From positions 2,997,058 to 3,061,057 of the forward strand of contig MU053487.1 of NCBI GenBank assembly GCA_013239625.1: a DNA stretch of 64,000 nucleotides, written 5' to 3'. How positions within the stretch are numbered: position 1 is the stretch's first letter; every line of letters starts with the position of its first letter. Source of the stretch: Lama guanicoe (taxonomy: Eukaryota). Below are positions 39,591-52,098 of the stretch, one piece after another. A model generated the notes under the pieces. The model did not search any database. It was not told the DNA's origin and was given only the letters and a program-made list of their open reading frames with translations. A program made the position numbers and the translations under genes.

Positions 39591-40819
39591 GAGGAATATT
39601 ATGAGCAACTTTATGCCAAAAATATTAAACGCTTTGGATGAACTGTACAAATTCTTTGAAAATTATAACTCATCAAAACTGACACAAGATGAAACAGAAT
39701 CTGAATAGCCCTCTGTCTATTAAAAAAAAGATCTAATTCAGAGATTTCCAGTCTAGATGGCAGAGTAGTAGGACCATAAGCTCACTTCTCCTTGAGACTG
39801 CAACAGAACCACAACTGACCTCTGAACAACCATCAAAAAAACCAAAAAACAAAGAACTGGAGACTGGAACCTAGCAAAAAAGATCTTCAACTGGAAACAT
39901 AAAGAGGGAACCACAGCAGGACAGTAGAAGAGGCACACTTGTGACCCCCCAGGTAGGCAACCCACAAGCTGAAGAATAATTAAGTTGCAGAGGCCTCCCA
40001 TAGAAGTGAGAGTTCTAAGCCCCACATCAGGCTCCCCAGCCTGGGGTTCCAGCACTGGGAGGAGGAGACCCCAGGACATCTGGTTTTGAAGGCCTGCGAG
40101 GCTTAACTCCAGGAGCCCCATGGGACTTCATTCTCTTGGGAAGCGTACACACAATCTCGCATGCACCAGGTCCAAGGGCAGAGGCAGTGATTTCAGAGGA
40201 ACCTGGGCCAGATGCCTGCTGGTTTTGGAGGGTCTCCTGGGGACGCAGAGGACAGCTGTGGCTCACCCAGGAGACATAAAAGCTGGTGGCATACATTCTG
40301 AAAGTGTTCATCTACATGAGCTTTCCTGGAGGCTGACATTTTGATTGAATCATTAGCACCAAGACCTGGCCCCACCCAACAGCCTGTTGGCTTAAGGGCT
40401 GGGAATCCTCAGGCCAAACAACATACTGGGTGGGAACACAGCCCCACCCATCAGCAGACTTCCTGAGCCACAAACACCTCTAGCCACGGCCCTACTTACC
40501 AGAGGTCCAGGACCAAGCTTCACCCAGCAGTGGGCAGGCATCAGCTCCTCCAGCCAGGAAACCTGCATAAGCCTCTAGTCCAGACTCACCCACCAGAGGG
40601 CAGATACCAGAAATAAGAAAACAACAACCCCAAAGCCTGTGGAATTACCCACAAACACAGGCCAGACTCTACCCTGGGACCAGCTCTACCCTGGCCCTTG
40701 GGTAGCAAGAAAGGAGTGCACTGCTGGGACACATAGGACGTCTCCCACTGAGGGCCACCTCTCCAAGGTCGAGAAACATAACTAACCTACCTAAAAATAC
40801 AAATAGAAGGATAGACAAT

Positions 40820-41711
40820 ATGAGTCGGCAGAGGAGCATCTCCCAGGCCAAGACACAAGATAAAATCCCAGAAGAAGAAATAAGTGATGAGGAGACAGGC
40901 AACTTATCCGAGAAAGAGTATAAAGTAATGATGGTGAAGATGTTCAGAGAACTCAAGAGGAACATAGATGCACAGAGAGAAGTTTTTAGCAAAGAGTTGG
41001 AAAATATAAAGAATACCCAAACAGAGTTGAAGAATAAAATCACTGAAATGTATAACACGCTAGAAGGAACCAAGAATAGACTAAATGAGGCAGAAGAACG
41101 GATCAATGAGCTAGCAGACAGATTGGTGGAAATCACTACCACAGAACAGAAAAAAGAAAAAGAGTGAAAAGAAATGAGGATAGTTTAAGAGGACTCTGGG
41201 ACACATGAAGTGCTCTAATATTCACATTATAGAGATCACAGAAAGAGAAGAGAGAGGGAAAGGACCTGAGTAAATTTTTGAAGAGATAATAACCAAAAAC
41301 TTCCCTAACTTGGGAAAGAAAACAGTCACCCAAGTCCAGGAAGCTCAGAGAGTTCCACACAGGATCAACCCAAAGAGGAACACACCAAGGCAGATAGTAA
41401 TCAAGTTGACAAAAATTAAGGATAAGGAGAAAATACTAAAATTAGCAAGAGAAAAACAACAGATAACATGCAAGGGAACTCCCATAAGGTCATCAGCTTA
41501 TTTTTCAGCAAAAACTCTACAGTCCAGAAGGGAGTGGCACGATATATTTAAAGTGATGAAAGAGGAAAACTTACAACCGAGAATACGCCATCCAGCAAGG
41601 CTCTTGTTCAGATTTGATGGAGAAATCAAAAGCTTTACAGATAAACAAAAGCTAAAAAAATTCAGCACCACCAGAACAGCTTTACAACAAATTTTAAAGG
41701 AACTTTTCTAG
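40820..41711 (+). pseudogene. Disrupted L1 ORF1p
   Basis: Coiled-coil part (NLSEKEYKVMMVKMFRELK...LKNKITEMYNTLEG) and RRM/CTD part (QVQEAQRVPHRINPKRNTPRQIVIKL...RREWHDIFKVMKE), split by a frameshift and stops. Confidence 0.9.
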
Positions 41712-42386
41712 TCATCTAACCATAAAGAGAACAAAAAGAAGAAAGAGAAAAAAAAAATACCTACAAAAGGTTACTTTGGCAACTGGGGGCCTTTTATGCT
41801 TCCATATGAATTTTTGAATTGTTTGTTCTAGTTCTGTGAAAAATGTCATGAGTATTTTGACAGGTGTTGCATTGGATCTGTGGATTGCTTTGGGTAGTGT
41901 GGCCATTTTGATAATGTTGATTCTTCCAATCCAAGAGCACAAGATGTCTTTCCATTTCTTTGTATCATCTTCAGTTTCCTTTGTAAGTGTTTTACAGTTT
42001 TCAGAATATAGGTGACCTCCTTGGTTAAGTTTATTTCTAGGTATTCTGTTGTTTTTGATGCAATGTAAGTCTTTATGCCAGTTATAAAATTCTGGTTTTC
42101 GAAGTGAAAAAAAAAGTGAATGAAGAGTCACAAGAGGCAAAATATCCTTCGTTCTTATGGGTGAGTTATATTCCATTGCATATATATGCTACATCTTCTT
42201 TATCCATTCATCTTTTGATGTGCACTTGGGATGCTTCCATGTCTTGGCAATTGTAAATAATATTGCTGTTAATAATGGGTGTGTATCTTTTTGAATTAAT
42301 GTTTTTGTGTTTCTCAGATATATGCCCAGGAGTGGAGTTGCTGGGCCATGTGGTAGTTCTATTTTCAAGTTTTTAAGAAACCTCTA

Positions 42387-42545
42387 AGAGAATGTGACAA
42401 TGAATGTATGTATGTTCATGTATAACTGAAAAATTGTGCTCTACACTGGAATTTGACACAACATTGTAAAATGACTATAACTCAAAAAAAGTTTAAAAAA
42501 AATAAAAAATAATTAAAGAAAATAAAAAGTACTAAAAAAAAAAAA
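42387..42545 (+). mobile_element. Short young L1 3' end nested in the rearranged L1
   Basis: TSD aagaaacctcta 42375-42386 / aagaagcctcta 42546-42557 at a TT|AAGA site; long A-rich tail; near reverse complement of about 61610-61702. Confidence 0.85.
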
Positions 42546-43379
42546 AAGAAGCCTCTATATTGTTTTCCATGGTGGCTGCACCAATTTACATTCCCATCAA
42601 CAATGTACAAGGGTTCCCTTTTCTCCACATCCTTGCCAACATTTGTTATTTGTGCTCTTTTTGATGATGGTCATTCTGACAGGTGTGAAATGATACCTTA
42701 TCATGATTTGTATTTGCATTTCCCTAATATTAGTGATGCTGAGCAACTTTTCATGTTCCTGTTGGCCATCTGCATTTCCTCTTTTGGAGAAATGTCTATT
42801 CAGTTCTCATATTTTAAATGGGTTGGTTTGTTGTTTGCTTTTTGATTGAAGTACAGTTGATTTAAAATGTGTTAGTTTCTGGTGTACAGCATGGATGGAC
42901 TTGGAAGGCATTATGCTAAGTGTAGTAAGTCAGACAGAGAAAGGTAAATACTGTAAGATGTCACTTGCATGTAGAATCTAAAAAAATACAACAAACTAGT
43001 GAACATAACAGAAAAGAAAACAGACTCACAGATGTAGAGAAGGAACTAGTGGTTACCAGTAGGGAAAGGGAAGGGGGAGGGGCAAGATGGAGGTGGAGGA
43101 TTAAGAGGTACAAACCATCAGGTATAAAATAAGCTACTAGGATGTACTGTACAGCATGGGAAATACAGCCAATATGTTATAATAACTATAAATGGGGTAT
43201 AACCTTTAAAAATTTGTGAATCACTATATTGTATACCTGTAACATAACATAAACATCAACTATACTTGAATTAATAAATATGATATTGCAAAATAAATAC
43301 ACAAATAAATTTTTAATGGTTAAATAAATTTTAAAAATCTAACTCAACATCAAAAACTTTTTCACAATGATTTGGAACT

Positions 43380-44130
43380 CTCAGACAATGTTGGTAGGAG
43401 AGTAAAATGATATAATTGCTTCGGGAAAAAGTCTGGCATTTCTTATAAAGCTAAATATACAGCTTTTCTTTGACTCAGCAATTTTACTCAGTTATTTATG
43501 CAAGAGAAATTGAAATAAATCATGTAAAGCCTGGCTGTCCCCATCAATAGGAAAATGGATAAACACACAGTAGTATACTTGTACAATGGAATACTATTCC
43601 GCAGTATTAAGGAGAAAATTGCTAATACATGTAACAGCATGTATGAAACTAAAAAAAAAAATGCTGAGTGAGAGAAACCTTCCACAAAAGTAGTATATAC
43701 TGTGAGATTCCATTTTTGTGAAATTCTAAAACAGGCAGAACTAGTCTATGGGGGAAAGAAATGAAAACAGTGGTTCTTTCTGGAGGAGTAAGTGTTTTTT
43801 TAGTCAGGTGTATATATTTGTCTAAACTCAGTCAATGTACACTTAAAATTTGGGCACTTTGTTGAATGTAAATTTCACCTCAAAAGAAAAAAAAATATTT
43901 AACTGCAGTTAATGAAGGCATGCTGAATTATTTAGGGGAAGTCTGATATTTCTGTAGTTTACTTTGAAACATATTGAAAAGATAAGATGGATTGATGGAT
44001 AGAAAAATGAATGTGTGTATAGATATGTGTGATTAAGCAAATATAGTAAAATGTTAATGGTAGAATCTAGGTGGCCTTAAACATCCTTTGTTGTCTATTT
44101 GAAATTTTTCTTAATAAAAGTTGGGGAGAA
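43380..44130 (+). mobile_element. Old L1 (L1MC/ME-like) ORF2 end and 3' UTR
   Basis: tgttggtaggagagtaaaatgatataattgctt...tttgactcagcaattttactc; atatactgtgagattccattt. Confidence 0.75.
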
Positions 44131-45220
44131 AAAGTGCAGAAAAAGTGTGCTTTTTAACTCAGTATACACAGAATTACTGAAATGCAGTGAATTGAACCTT
44201 CACTGGGATCTGCTTTTATAGATGAGAAAAATGTGTTATGAACACATTTGTTCTGAGTTTCTTGAGAACTACTGTAAGCCAAAAACCATGGAATAATTAA
44301 TTATTGATTAATATGAATCAAGCATTTTTCCTTGTCCTCTAGAAACCTGCAATCTAATGAAGCATATGAAACAAATACACCATTAATAGAGTTCAGAATG
44401 ACACATCCTCTAATGGAGGTAAGGACAATCTGGTGTGGTTACTCAGCAGAGTGAGGGCATATTAGGTTAGAGGAAACCATGGAGGCTGCATGGAGGAGGC
44501 GGTATTTTAGATACCAGCAGGACAAAGGGGCTTCAGCAGGGAAGATGGTATCCTGAGTGCAGAAGGGAGACCGTGCGGATGTTTGGAGGGGTGTGAAATA
44601 AAGCTCTGAAAGGTGGGACCAGGGCCTTGAAAACCAGGTTTAGGTTTTACTCAGTACACAGGTAGGAGACAAACGTCTTTGGGCAAGGGAGGAAGATGGA
44701 TGCTTTAACATAAGTGTTACTTACTGGTACCCAAGAGAGGGGCCCAGGCCCTGGCTTTAACTTTAAAGGGGTTAGATTAAAGGATCTCCAAGGTCTGTCC
44801 AGTTCCAGCGTGCTGGGATCTGCTGGCTGCTGGGAAAAGTTGTTTCTCAAACAGATTAAGTATTTCCTCTTGCAATATTCTGCTGCTCTGTTTGCCAGCT
44901 CTTTCTTCATAAAATCTGGATTGTACTGTTAGATATATTAACAGATTCCATATTCCGAGTTGTAACATTTCAAGCTGTTGAATTTTCACACTGAAAAAAT
45001 GACTGGTTTTGTCGTTAAGCTGGGTGGGGGTCACAGGGGAAGCCTTACAGCACTTGTCTCACAAGGGACCCAGTCATTCTGCGTAGTCACACATGGGTCT
45101 GAGTAACCTGAACTCGAAGTGAGACTCTTCACGAGGGCTTGTATCATTTTAGTAATTCCCGGATGCACGCAAACAGAATCTTAAAAGTGTATGAGCGAAA
45201 AGGAAAAAAAAGTATATGAG

Positions 45221-45402
45221 CTATATATAAAAATAGAAAAAACCCAATTTCTTCTTATAGCACAGGAAACTATATTCAATACCTTGTAATAACCTTTAAT
45301 GAAAAAGAATATGAAAACAACTATATGTATATGCATGACTGGGACATTACACTGTACACCAGAGATTAACACATTGTAACTGACTAGACTACAATTAAAA
45401 AC
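45221..45402 (+). mobile_element. 5'-truncated L1 3' UTR
   Basis: tatagcacaggaaactatattcaataccttgtaataacc...ctgtacaccagagattaacacattgtaa; flanked by aagt(a/g)tatgag repeats. Confidence 0.8.
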
Positions 45403-47364
45403 AGAAGTGTATGAGACAATGCAGTACTTGTGTTGAAAAGAAAATCCATTACTCTGTGAGTTTTTAATAATAGGCTTATTGTTATCTCTGATGCGTTTTG
45501 ATCTTTGGCCCAGGAAAAAATAGTCCCAGATATATTGCACTGCTGGGTAAGCGATGAAAAATTAACTTTCGTCTCTAGGCATCCATATGTCTCGGTGGGC
45601 ATATGCTTGTGTCAAGAGTGAAGGAAAAATGCTGGAAATATTGTTATTTTCAGACCACTGGTGTCAAGCGTTTGATGTGAGGAAAGAACTGATATGCTGA
45701 AAAAGTTGTGTGAGGTGGGAACTCAGTACGAAAGGTAGCCCAGAGCACTCTCAGTGGTACGTTTGCCATTGCTGTGCTGGTCTGATGAGTGGCTTAGACC
45801 CAGTTCCAAAGACAGGAGTTCAGTCTCTGGTGGAGTGCCGGTTACACAGCAGGCTCTGTGGCAGAGAAAACGTTTCTTAGCGTTCATTCACTTTCCATCT
45901 TCTTAGGCAGAGAAACCATGTCCTAACCTCATGAAAACAACTTGCACACCAAGCCCTACCTCTCAAGGGTCTCAGAGATTTCTGCTCTGTGAAGGGGACA
46001 GAGATGGTTGGTATTCAAGTTTACTGATGAAATCAGTCCAGAGTAACTTCAGAACCCCCCAAGTCTTTTACAAATAGAATGTTCTTTCAGGGAACCCCAG
46101 CGAATGGGGTCTCAGATCAGAGCTGCTTCAAAGAGGTGAGGGACATGCCTCCAAACTAGGTCCCGATAAAGGGAGAAAGGTGCTTGTCCTCTGCTGGGGA
46201 CTAGAGTGCCACATTGAGGCTCTCTTCCATTTTTTAAACATCCCTCTGAAATGTCCGCTTTCTGCTTGTTAGCAGACAGCCTGTTTTGAAGCCAGATATC
46301 CTGTCCAAATAATAACAACCGTGTCATAACATCTGTCATTAACACCCTTTCCCCTTTCTGCAACTTATTTCCAAGGATTTTTCTTACGGTTGTAAAAGGA
46401 ACTATTGAAATCTTAGAAAATACAGAAAGGTGTTGAGCCACAGAAGTCATCCCTAATACCACAGCTTAAAGAAGTTCACCACTGTTAGCGTTTTAAGATT
46501 TTTCTTCTATTAAATTTCTCTTGCATAGGTATATGCATAACTGTCCTAAGGGGGCCATGGGAAATACGCTTGCTGTTTTTCACAAAACATGAGAATTTCT
46601 CCCATATTATAAAAACCCTTGGAGAATATACTTAATGACTACAGAATATTCATTCCATTTTGTGAACACAGCATCATTTTTTAATGGCACCTCACTATGA
46701 GACATTTAGATTGTTTCCAGTGTTCTGTTGTAAAAGCGGCAATAGCTTTGATTTCAGGCGACACATTTCTGTGTCTGGGGAATAAGGAGAAATGTGTGAG
46801 TTGGCCAGGTTGCCTGATGTCCCAAACTGAACCTATTCAGACCCCTTCTCAGGGCCTCTGTCTGGCTGTCGGTGCACATTGGGTCCAGACTGAAGGACTA
46901 GGGAGGGAGTCCTCAGATCCACTGAGCATGGCAGGGATCACTCTGTGTCTGTGCTGTGTCTCCTTGGGGGACAAGCTAGCTCTGGGGATGGGAGTCCCTC
47001 CCAGTAGACAACTCCTCTGCTCCCAAAGGGCATAGCCCTTCCTCACTCTCTCTTCCTCAGAAAGAGACACCACTTTCGGGGTCCTTTGTGGATGTGATCT
47101 TGGGTCTAAAACAGAGGAGCTTTAAGTGACTTGGAGCCTATATGGCCTAATCAGAATGATACAAGCAGTGGCTAATACTTACTGAGCATTTGCTGTGATG
47201 CGTCAGGTGCTTTACAGACAGCATCTTGTTGAATTTACAGACCTCTTGTTCTGAGAGCAAGTGGTCGTGTTGCCTGGTGACAGTTAGCAAGGTGGGCTCT
47301 GGGTCACACAGACCTGGTTAGAGTCCCAGCCCCACTGTTCGCCGGTAGCTGTGTGACTCTGGCT

Positions 47365-47830
47365 GGTGCATCAGTTAGGAATGCATTCAGCTGCAAAAAT
47401 CAGAAAACCCAACCAAGAGTGGCTTAAACAAGTAGGTAGTTATTTTTCTGACTTAATGAGAATTCTGGAGGGAGCCAGTCCAGGGCTTATCCAGTATCTT
47501 CAGGGACCCACTCTCTTACCTTCCTCCTTATGCTGTCTTCCACGTGTGGCTTTCATCCTCATGGTTGTGAGATGGCTGCATCTGAGGCAGGGAGAGGTAG
47601 AGAAGGAGAGAGTGGGGCAGCCCCTGTGTCAGGAAAGCAAAAGCTCGTTTTGAAACACTCAGCTTCTGTCTCATTGGCCAGAACCCCGCCACGTGGCCAC
47701 CTGGCTGTAAGAGACTCCATGGGAGAAGTTTTAGCTGGGCAGGGTTCCGTCCCCAAAGAAATCAGGGTTCTGGTAGAAGGGGAGACAAGGGAGTGTTTGA
47801 TGGGTAAGCAGCCATCAGTGTCTGTATCAG
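47365..47830 (-). mobile_element. MLT1-type LTR inserted into a MIR (MIR halves about 47290-47364 and 47831-47885)
   Basis: tcagttaggaatgcattcagctgcaaaaatcagaaaaccc...gtggcttaaacaag; MIR core gctgtgtgactctgg resumes as gcaagtcactcaatctct. Confidence 0.7.
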
Positions 47831-50800
47831 CAAGTCACTCAATCTCTTTGAAGCTCAGTGTGGTTCCTCTGGTAATAGTACCCCTCCCTATTCCAGACAG
47901 GCTCTTTTACCTTACAAGAGGTGTGCCCGCATGGTATGGGAGTTCCCCAGGGACAGAGCAAACTCAGACCTGGGCCCCAGCAGCACACAGTCCCTTCCGT
48001 TGGGTGTCAGCGCCTCCCAGTAGGCCTGTTGGCACCTCATTGTTGAGGAGGTACCAGAGCTCTGGGCCCGCGCTCCCGTGCCGTCACTTTAGAAGTGAGC
48101 ATCGATGGCTCCCGCCACACCCTAGGGCTTCTTCCCAGGGTGGAAAGCTAGCCACTTCGCCTGCCTCTTTCACTTGCTGCTTTTCCAGTCTGTACTGACT
48201 GGCCCCGTCTGCCGTCTCTGCTGCATCTCATTTCCAAACCCAGCAAAAGACAGTGTCTTGGGTGAGTCGTAACCCTTCAGTGAGGAACACTGCAATCAGG
48301 CAGTCTTCCTTTCCCGGTGGTCACCAGTCACTCGTTAGCTGTGGGGCACATTGTGGCCTCTTTCCTCAACAGGGAGAAACCAGTGTCTGTGGCAAGTACT
48401 GGTGGACCCCAGGCCCTCCATCTGTTAACTCAAGAGAGTCTCAGGGATGCAGAACTGCACAATTCGAGGGCACCAAGCACGTTGAAACCACATGAATTGT
48501 GCCCTAGGAAACCCTGTTGCCTGGCAGCTGAACCGCAGGACGGTCCAGATCCTGGATGGGCGGGCCTCCGCTGGTGATGGAGACTGAGATGGGGTAAGCG
48601 TCCTATTTTCTGGCGGTTAGAGAGACTGCCTGGGCCCCTGCACACGAACTCCAGGGCGCCGTGGAGAGTGTGGTGCTGTGGAAGGCGGGGGAGATCTCAG
48701 GCAAGGGGGGCTGTTCCCACCGCTGGTGATCCTGAGGAGGACCCCAAGCTCGGCAGGACAGCTGCGGGTGGCCACACCCTTCATCCTAGGCTGCTGAGAG
48801 GTGAGAGGCAGGCAGTCGTCGGGACAAATGAGGGAATTTGTGTGCACAGTCTTTGAAGCTGTGACTCACTCCGGAGGCCTCCGTGTGGCTGTTGTTACAG
48901 CTGCTGTTGCTGCAAAACAGCTTTGAACCTGAGGTGTGAGATCGCCTCTGGAGGTCTGGGCAGGGAGCGGGGGCATCGTTTGGCAGCTCGGGACTTGAGA
49001 GGCTGAGGTCAGTGATCCAGGAAGGGGACAGAGGGGTTGATGAATAAGGCTCCTCTGTCTCCTCCATAGCGCTTTTAGGTTATTTGTGCAATTCTGGATG
49101 GAGAGGGAGCGCGCCCACCTGGGCCCTAAGGGTCAAAGGCAGGAGGGAGACGAGGAGGCCCTTGTTGTCACGAGAGTTATCACAAGGCTGTCGAGGCCAA
49201 AAGTGGGCAAAGACCTGTAACACCTCCACCAGACTCCTCTCCATTTGGGCTGTGCACTGCCTTGTGGTAAACTGGGCATGGGCTGGAGGCCTCTTAGGCA
49301 CCCAGTAGTCCCCTTTCCCTCATTCACCCTGCGCCTTTGCTCTTGCCCAGAGAAAGGACAGTGGGCAGAGTGCCATCCTGCTGGGGCGAGCTCCTGCCGA
49401 GTCCACGTGCAGTTGTTTCTGGCCGGTGCCAGGTCCCCAGGCCAGCCTGCCACTTCCACTGCCACTAGGTAACTGATTTATCCTAGCCACACACACACAG
49501 GCTCTAACTGTGTAAACAGAAAACCACCGGATGGCACTGCCTCCCTCCCCAGTCCCTCCCACACACTTGCGTGGCCTCAGGAGTTCTCCATCAGCCTGTG
49601 CGGGACTGGAGGGCTGTCTAGTAAATCTCCTTAATAGGAAGAATTCTGTAAAATAAAGTTGGTTTCGTGGGCTGGCTGCCGGTCAGACTGCCAGCAGAAC
49701 TGCCCTTCACTAAAACTTTGAACTTGGTTATGTGACATTTACATTTTAAGCAGAGAAGAAAACGAGATCGCTGAGCAGAGCCAAGCTGGTTTGGTGGGTT
49801 TTGTTGTTGTTGTTGTTTTGGCTATTTAGCACTAATTCCCTTTGGGGGAAGATCCTCTCTTGGTCCTTTTCAGACATCCCAGTAGAGAAGGGGTGAGACC
49901 CTCTATCGGGCTTGAGAAGAAAGGACCTGCACCAGTGCGTGGAAGAGCCCAGGTCCTAAACTCACCCGAGGTGAGAAGGAACCTTGCAGCGTGCAGAGCT
50001 CACCACAGTGGGAGCAGAGATGGGAGCAGGGAGCCCATCAGGGGTAAGAGGGGCCCTTCCAGCTCCCCGGCCGGAGCACTGCTCCACCCCAGGCTCCTGA
50101 GAATCAGCACCACTGGACACCAGGCTCCAAGACTGGGTACCCGAGATGGCACGGCTCACTCTTGTCTCGGTCCTCAGCCTACAGCTCTCTGTCCAGCCTC
50201 CTTTTCGTGGAGAAAACATGTCTGTGGCCATGTGTCCCTTTCCATCCCACACATGCAGGACACATCTCCCGCTGCATCGTGCAGACCTGGTCCAAACCTC
50301 TGCTACTTCCTTCTCCACCACACCTCTGATCTGGGAAAGTGGTTTTCTGCCCACTCTCACATCTTGACTGCAGGATTGCAACAGCCTCCTAAGCAGGCTT
50401 CCTGCCTCTCGGTCTCATCTTCATCATCCTGTATATCTTCCCAGCACAACTTGCCAAAACATGATGCACTCTAGTCATGCCTCTGTTTGGAAGCTTTCAG
50501 CACCTCCTCACTGCCTACGAGAAACAGAAGAAGGTGGGAGAACCTTCCTTTGTGATTTGGTCCCCTTCTGCCTCTCTGAGTCGTTACACTCTGTTCTGCC
50601 CACAGCTCCAAACATAGGGACTCAGGAAGCACTTAGAGATGGAATGAATTGATATAAAAATTAGGAAGCCAAACGAGTTTGCTGGTGTTTTTAATTTAGT
50701 AGTTGTAGAGCTACCATGCTAACGTCTGCATAAGATATTAAAATGGTACCACTGGTAGTCTTTTCACGGTTTTCTTGAGATAAGCTGTTATCCAAAGAAT

Positions 50801-51611
50801 TGAGAAGCCCTTCTTGTTTCATAAAGGGGGCAGGGTGTATGGAATATATAAAGAAACTGAGAGTCAAATAACATTTTGATCTTTCATTTTGAATTTGTAG
50901 CTCAGATAATGCCTCCAAAAAGGATTCACTCTTTTTTTAGCCAGCCAGTTCTCTAGTCAAGTTTAAAAAGGCTTGGAAGAACATGTGATTTTTAAAATAT
51001 CCTGGAGGATTTTTCCAGGCCTGGGCAACTCACGGGTCAATGCACAGCTATTTCTGTATGTGAGTAGAGTTGGCGGTGCTCTGCGTGTTTGCTGAGGGCC
51101 GAGGCCTGGTTGTCTGGATGGGAGGTTGGATGGAAGGACTTTCTTCCCTCCTTGCACCACAGCTGGGCTCCACCATGGACCTGTGGCCTGTTCCCCTCAC
51201 CCATCTGTGTTTGCCTACCTACAGCTGCTGCAAGGTGCTTCTTCTGAGCTGGTCCCTTTCAGTTGTGGGAACCCTGGCTCCGTGTCAGAGGTGTCGCACA
51301 CAGTTGTGAACCAGGGAGGCATTTGGGAATTCACTCTAGGGGAGTGTAGACCGTCCCACATAGGGGTATACATGATCCATCAATGAGAAATAAACAATTT
51401 CCAGCTGATTTGAAGGCCTGTTGTTTTTCAAGGTTTGAGTCCTGCTTATAGGAAGAGGAATCCTTGGGGCAAACGGAGACTGGAGGAGTGTGGGGCGGCA
51501 ACCAAAGATCAAGTGCCCAGCCCAGCCCTGCTGCTCATCCTCTGATTTTCTGGGCCAGGCCTTTCCTGCCGAGGCACAGTCCCTTTCAAACTAGAGTTTG
51601 GTTCAGTTCAC

Positions 51612-52098
51612 TCTTGTGGTCGATGTTTTCCGTTTGCCCCTCAGATCCACTCTTCACGCTTCTCCACCCTGCCCCATGCTCTGGAAGCTGACCGTAGGGA
51701 CGGTAGGAATAGGCCCCTGGCTTCATGGTGCTCTATTGTGCTCTTTACCCAGTGGGGAGGACTGACAGGAGATTAGCAGGGTAGGTGGAGTGGCTTGGGA
51801 GGGGGCAGACGAGGCCCAAGGGTTGATTCTCCCGGCTCCTCCCTGTGGCGTCACCAGGTCTGGGTGCCTGGTACGCAGCCCTCTCCACAGGGCCCTTTGT
51901 CAAAGGTTCCAGGAGCCTCTGCTCCCTCACCCCTTTGGTTCTGGCATGTAAATGTGGCACTGGTACTGGTCCCAGAATACTGTGCTGTGGTTCCCCTACC
52001 CCCTGCCCACCCCTCGATAAATGGTCCCTTTATGAAACTCTCCTCAGATTACCCAGTTTGAGAGTGCCATCTGTTCCCTGCCAGAACCCTGGCGGATA
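51612..52098. mobile_element. ERVL-type solo LTR (LTR33-like)
   Basis: tttgcccctcagatccactcttcac...aaactctcctcagattacccagtttgagagtgccatctgttccctgccagaaccctg. Confidence 0.7.

Larger units (their letters stand above)
38380..39740 (+). mobile_element. Old L1 ORF2 (endonuclease region) host element; resumes at about 43333
   Basis: caacaacagaatacacattctttcaaaatgcacatg; gagcaactttatgccaaaa...aaaactgacacaagatgaaacaga. Confidence 0.85.
39741..43332 (+). mobile_element. Younger rearranged L1: 5' UTR + ORF1 (sense), inverted ORF2 pieces, sense 3' end
   Basis: L1 5' start (ttccagtctagatggcagag); ORF1 peptides; antisense ORF2 at about 41768-42070 and 42127-42840; sense 3' end from about 42890; TSD aaagatctaattca 39727-39740 / aaaaatctaactca 43333-43346. 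Confidence 0.85.

Noticed and set aside
47530..48198. 222-aa ORF
   Set aside because: Begins inside an MLT LTR; no recognisable protein family.
49842..50474. 210-aa ORF
   Set aside because: Non-ATG start in GC-rich intronic DNA; no recognisable domain.
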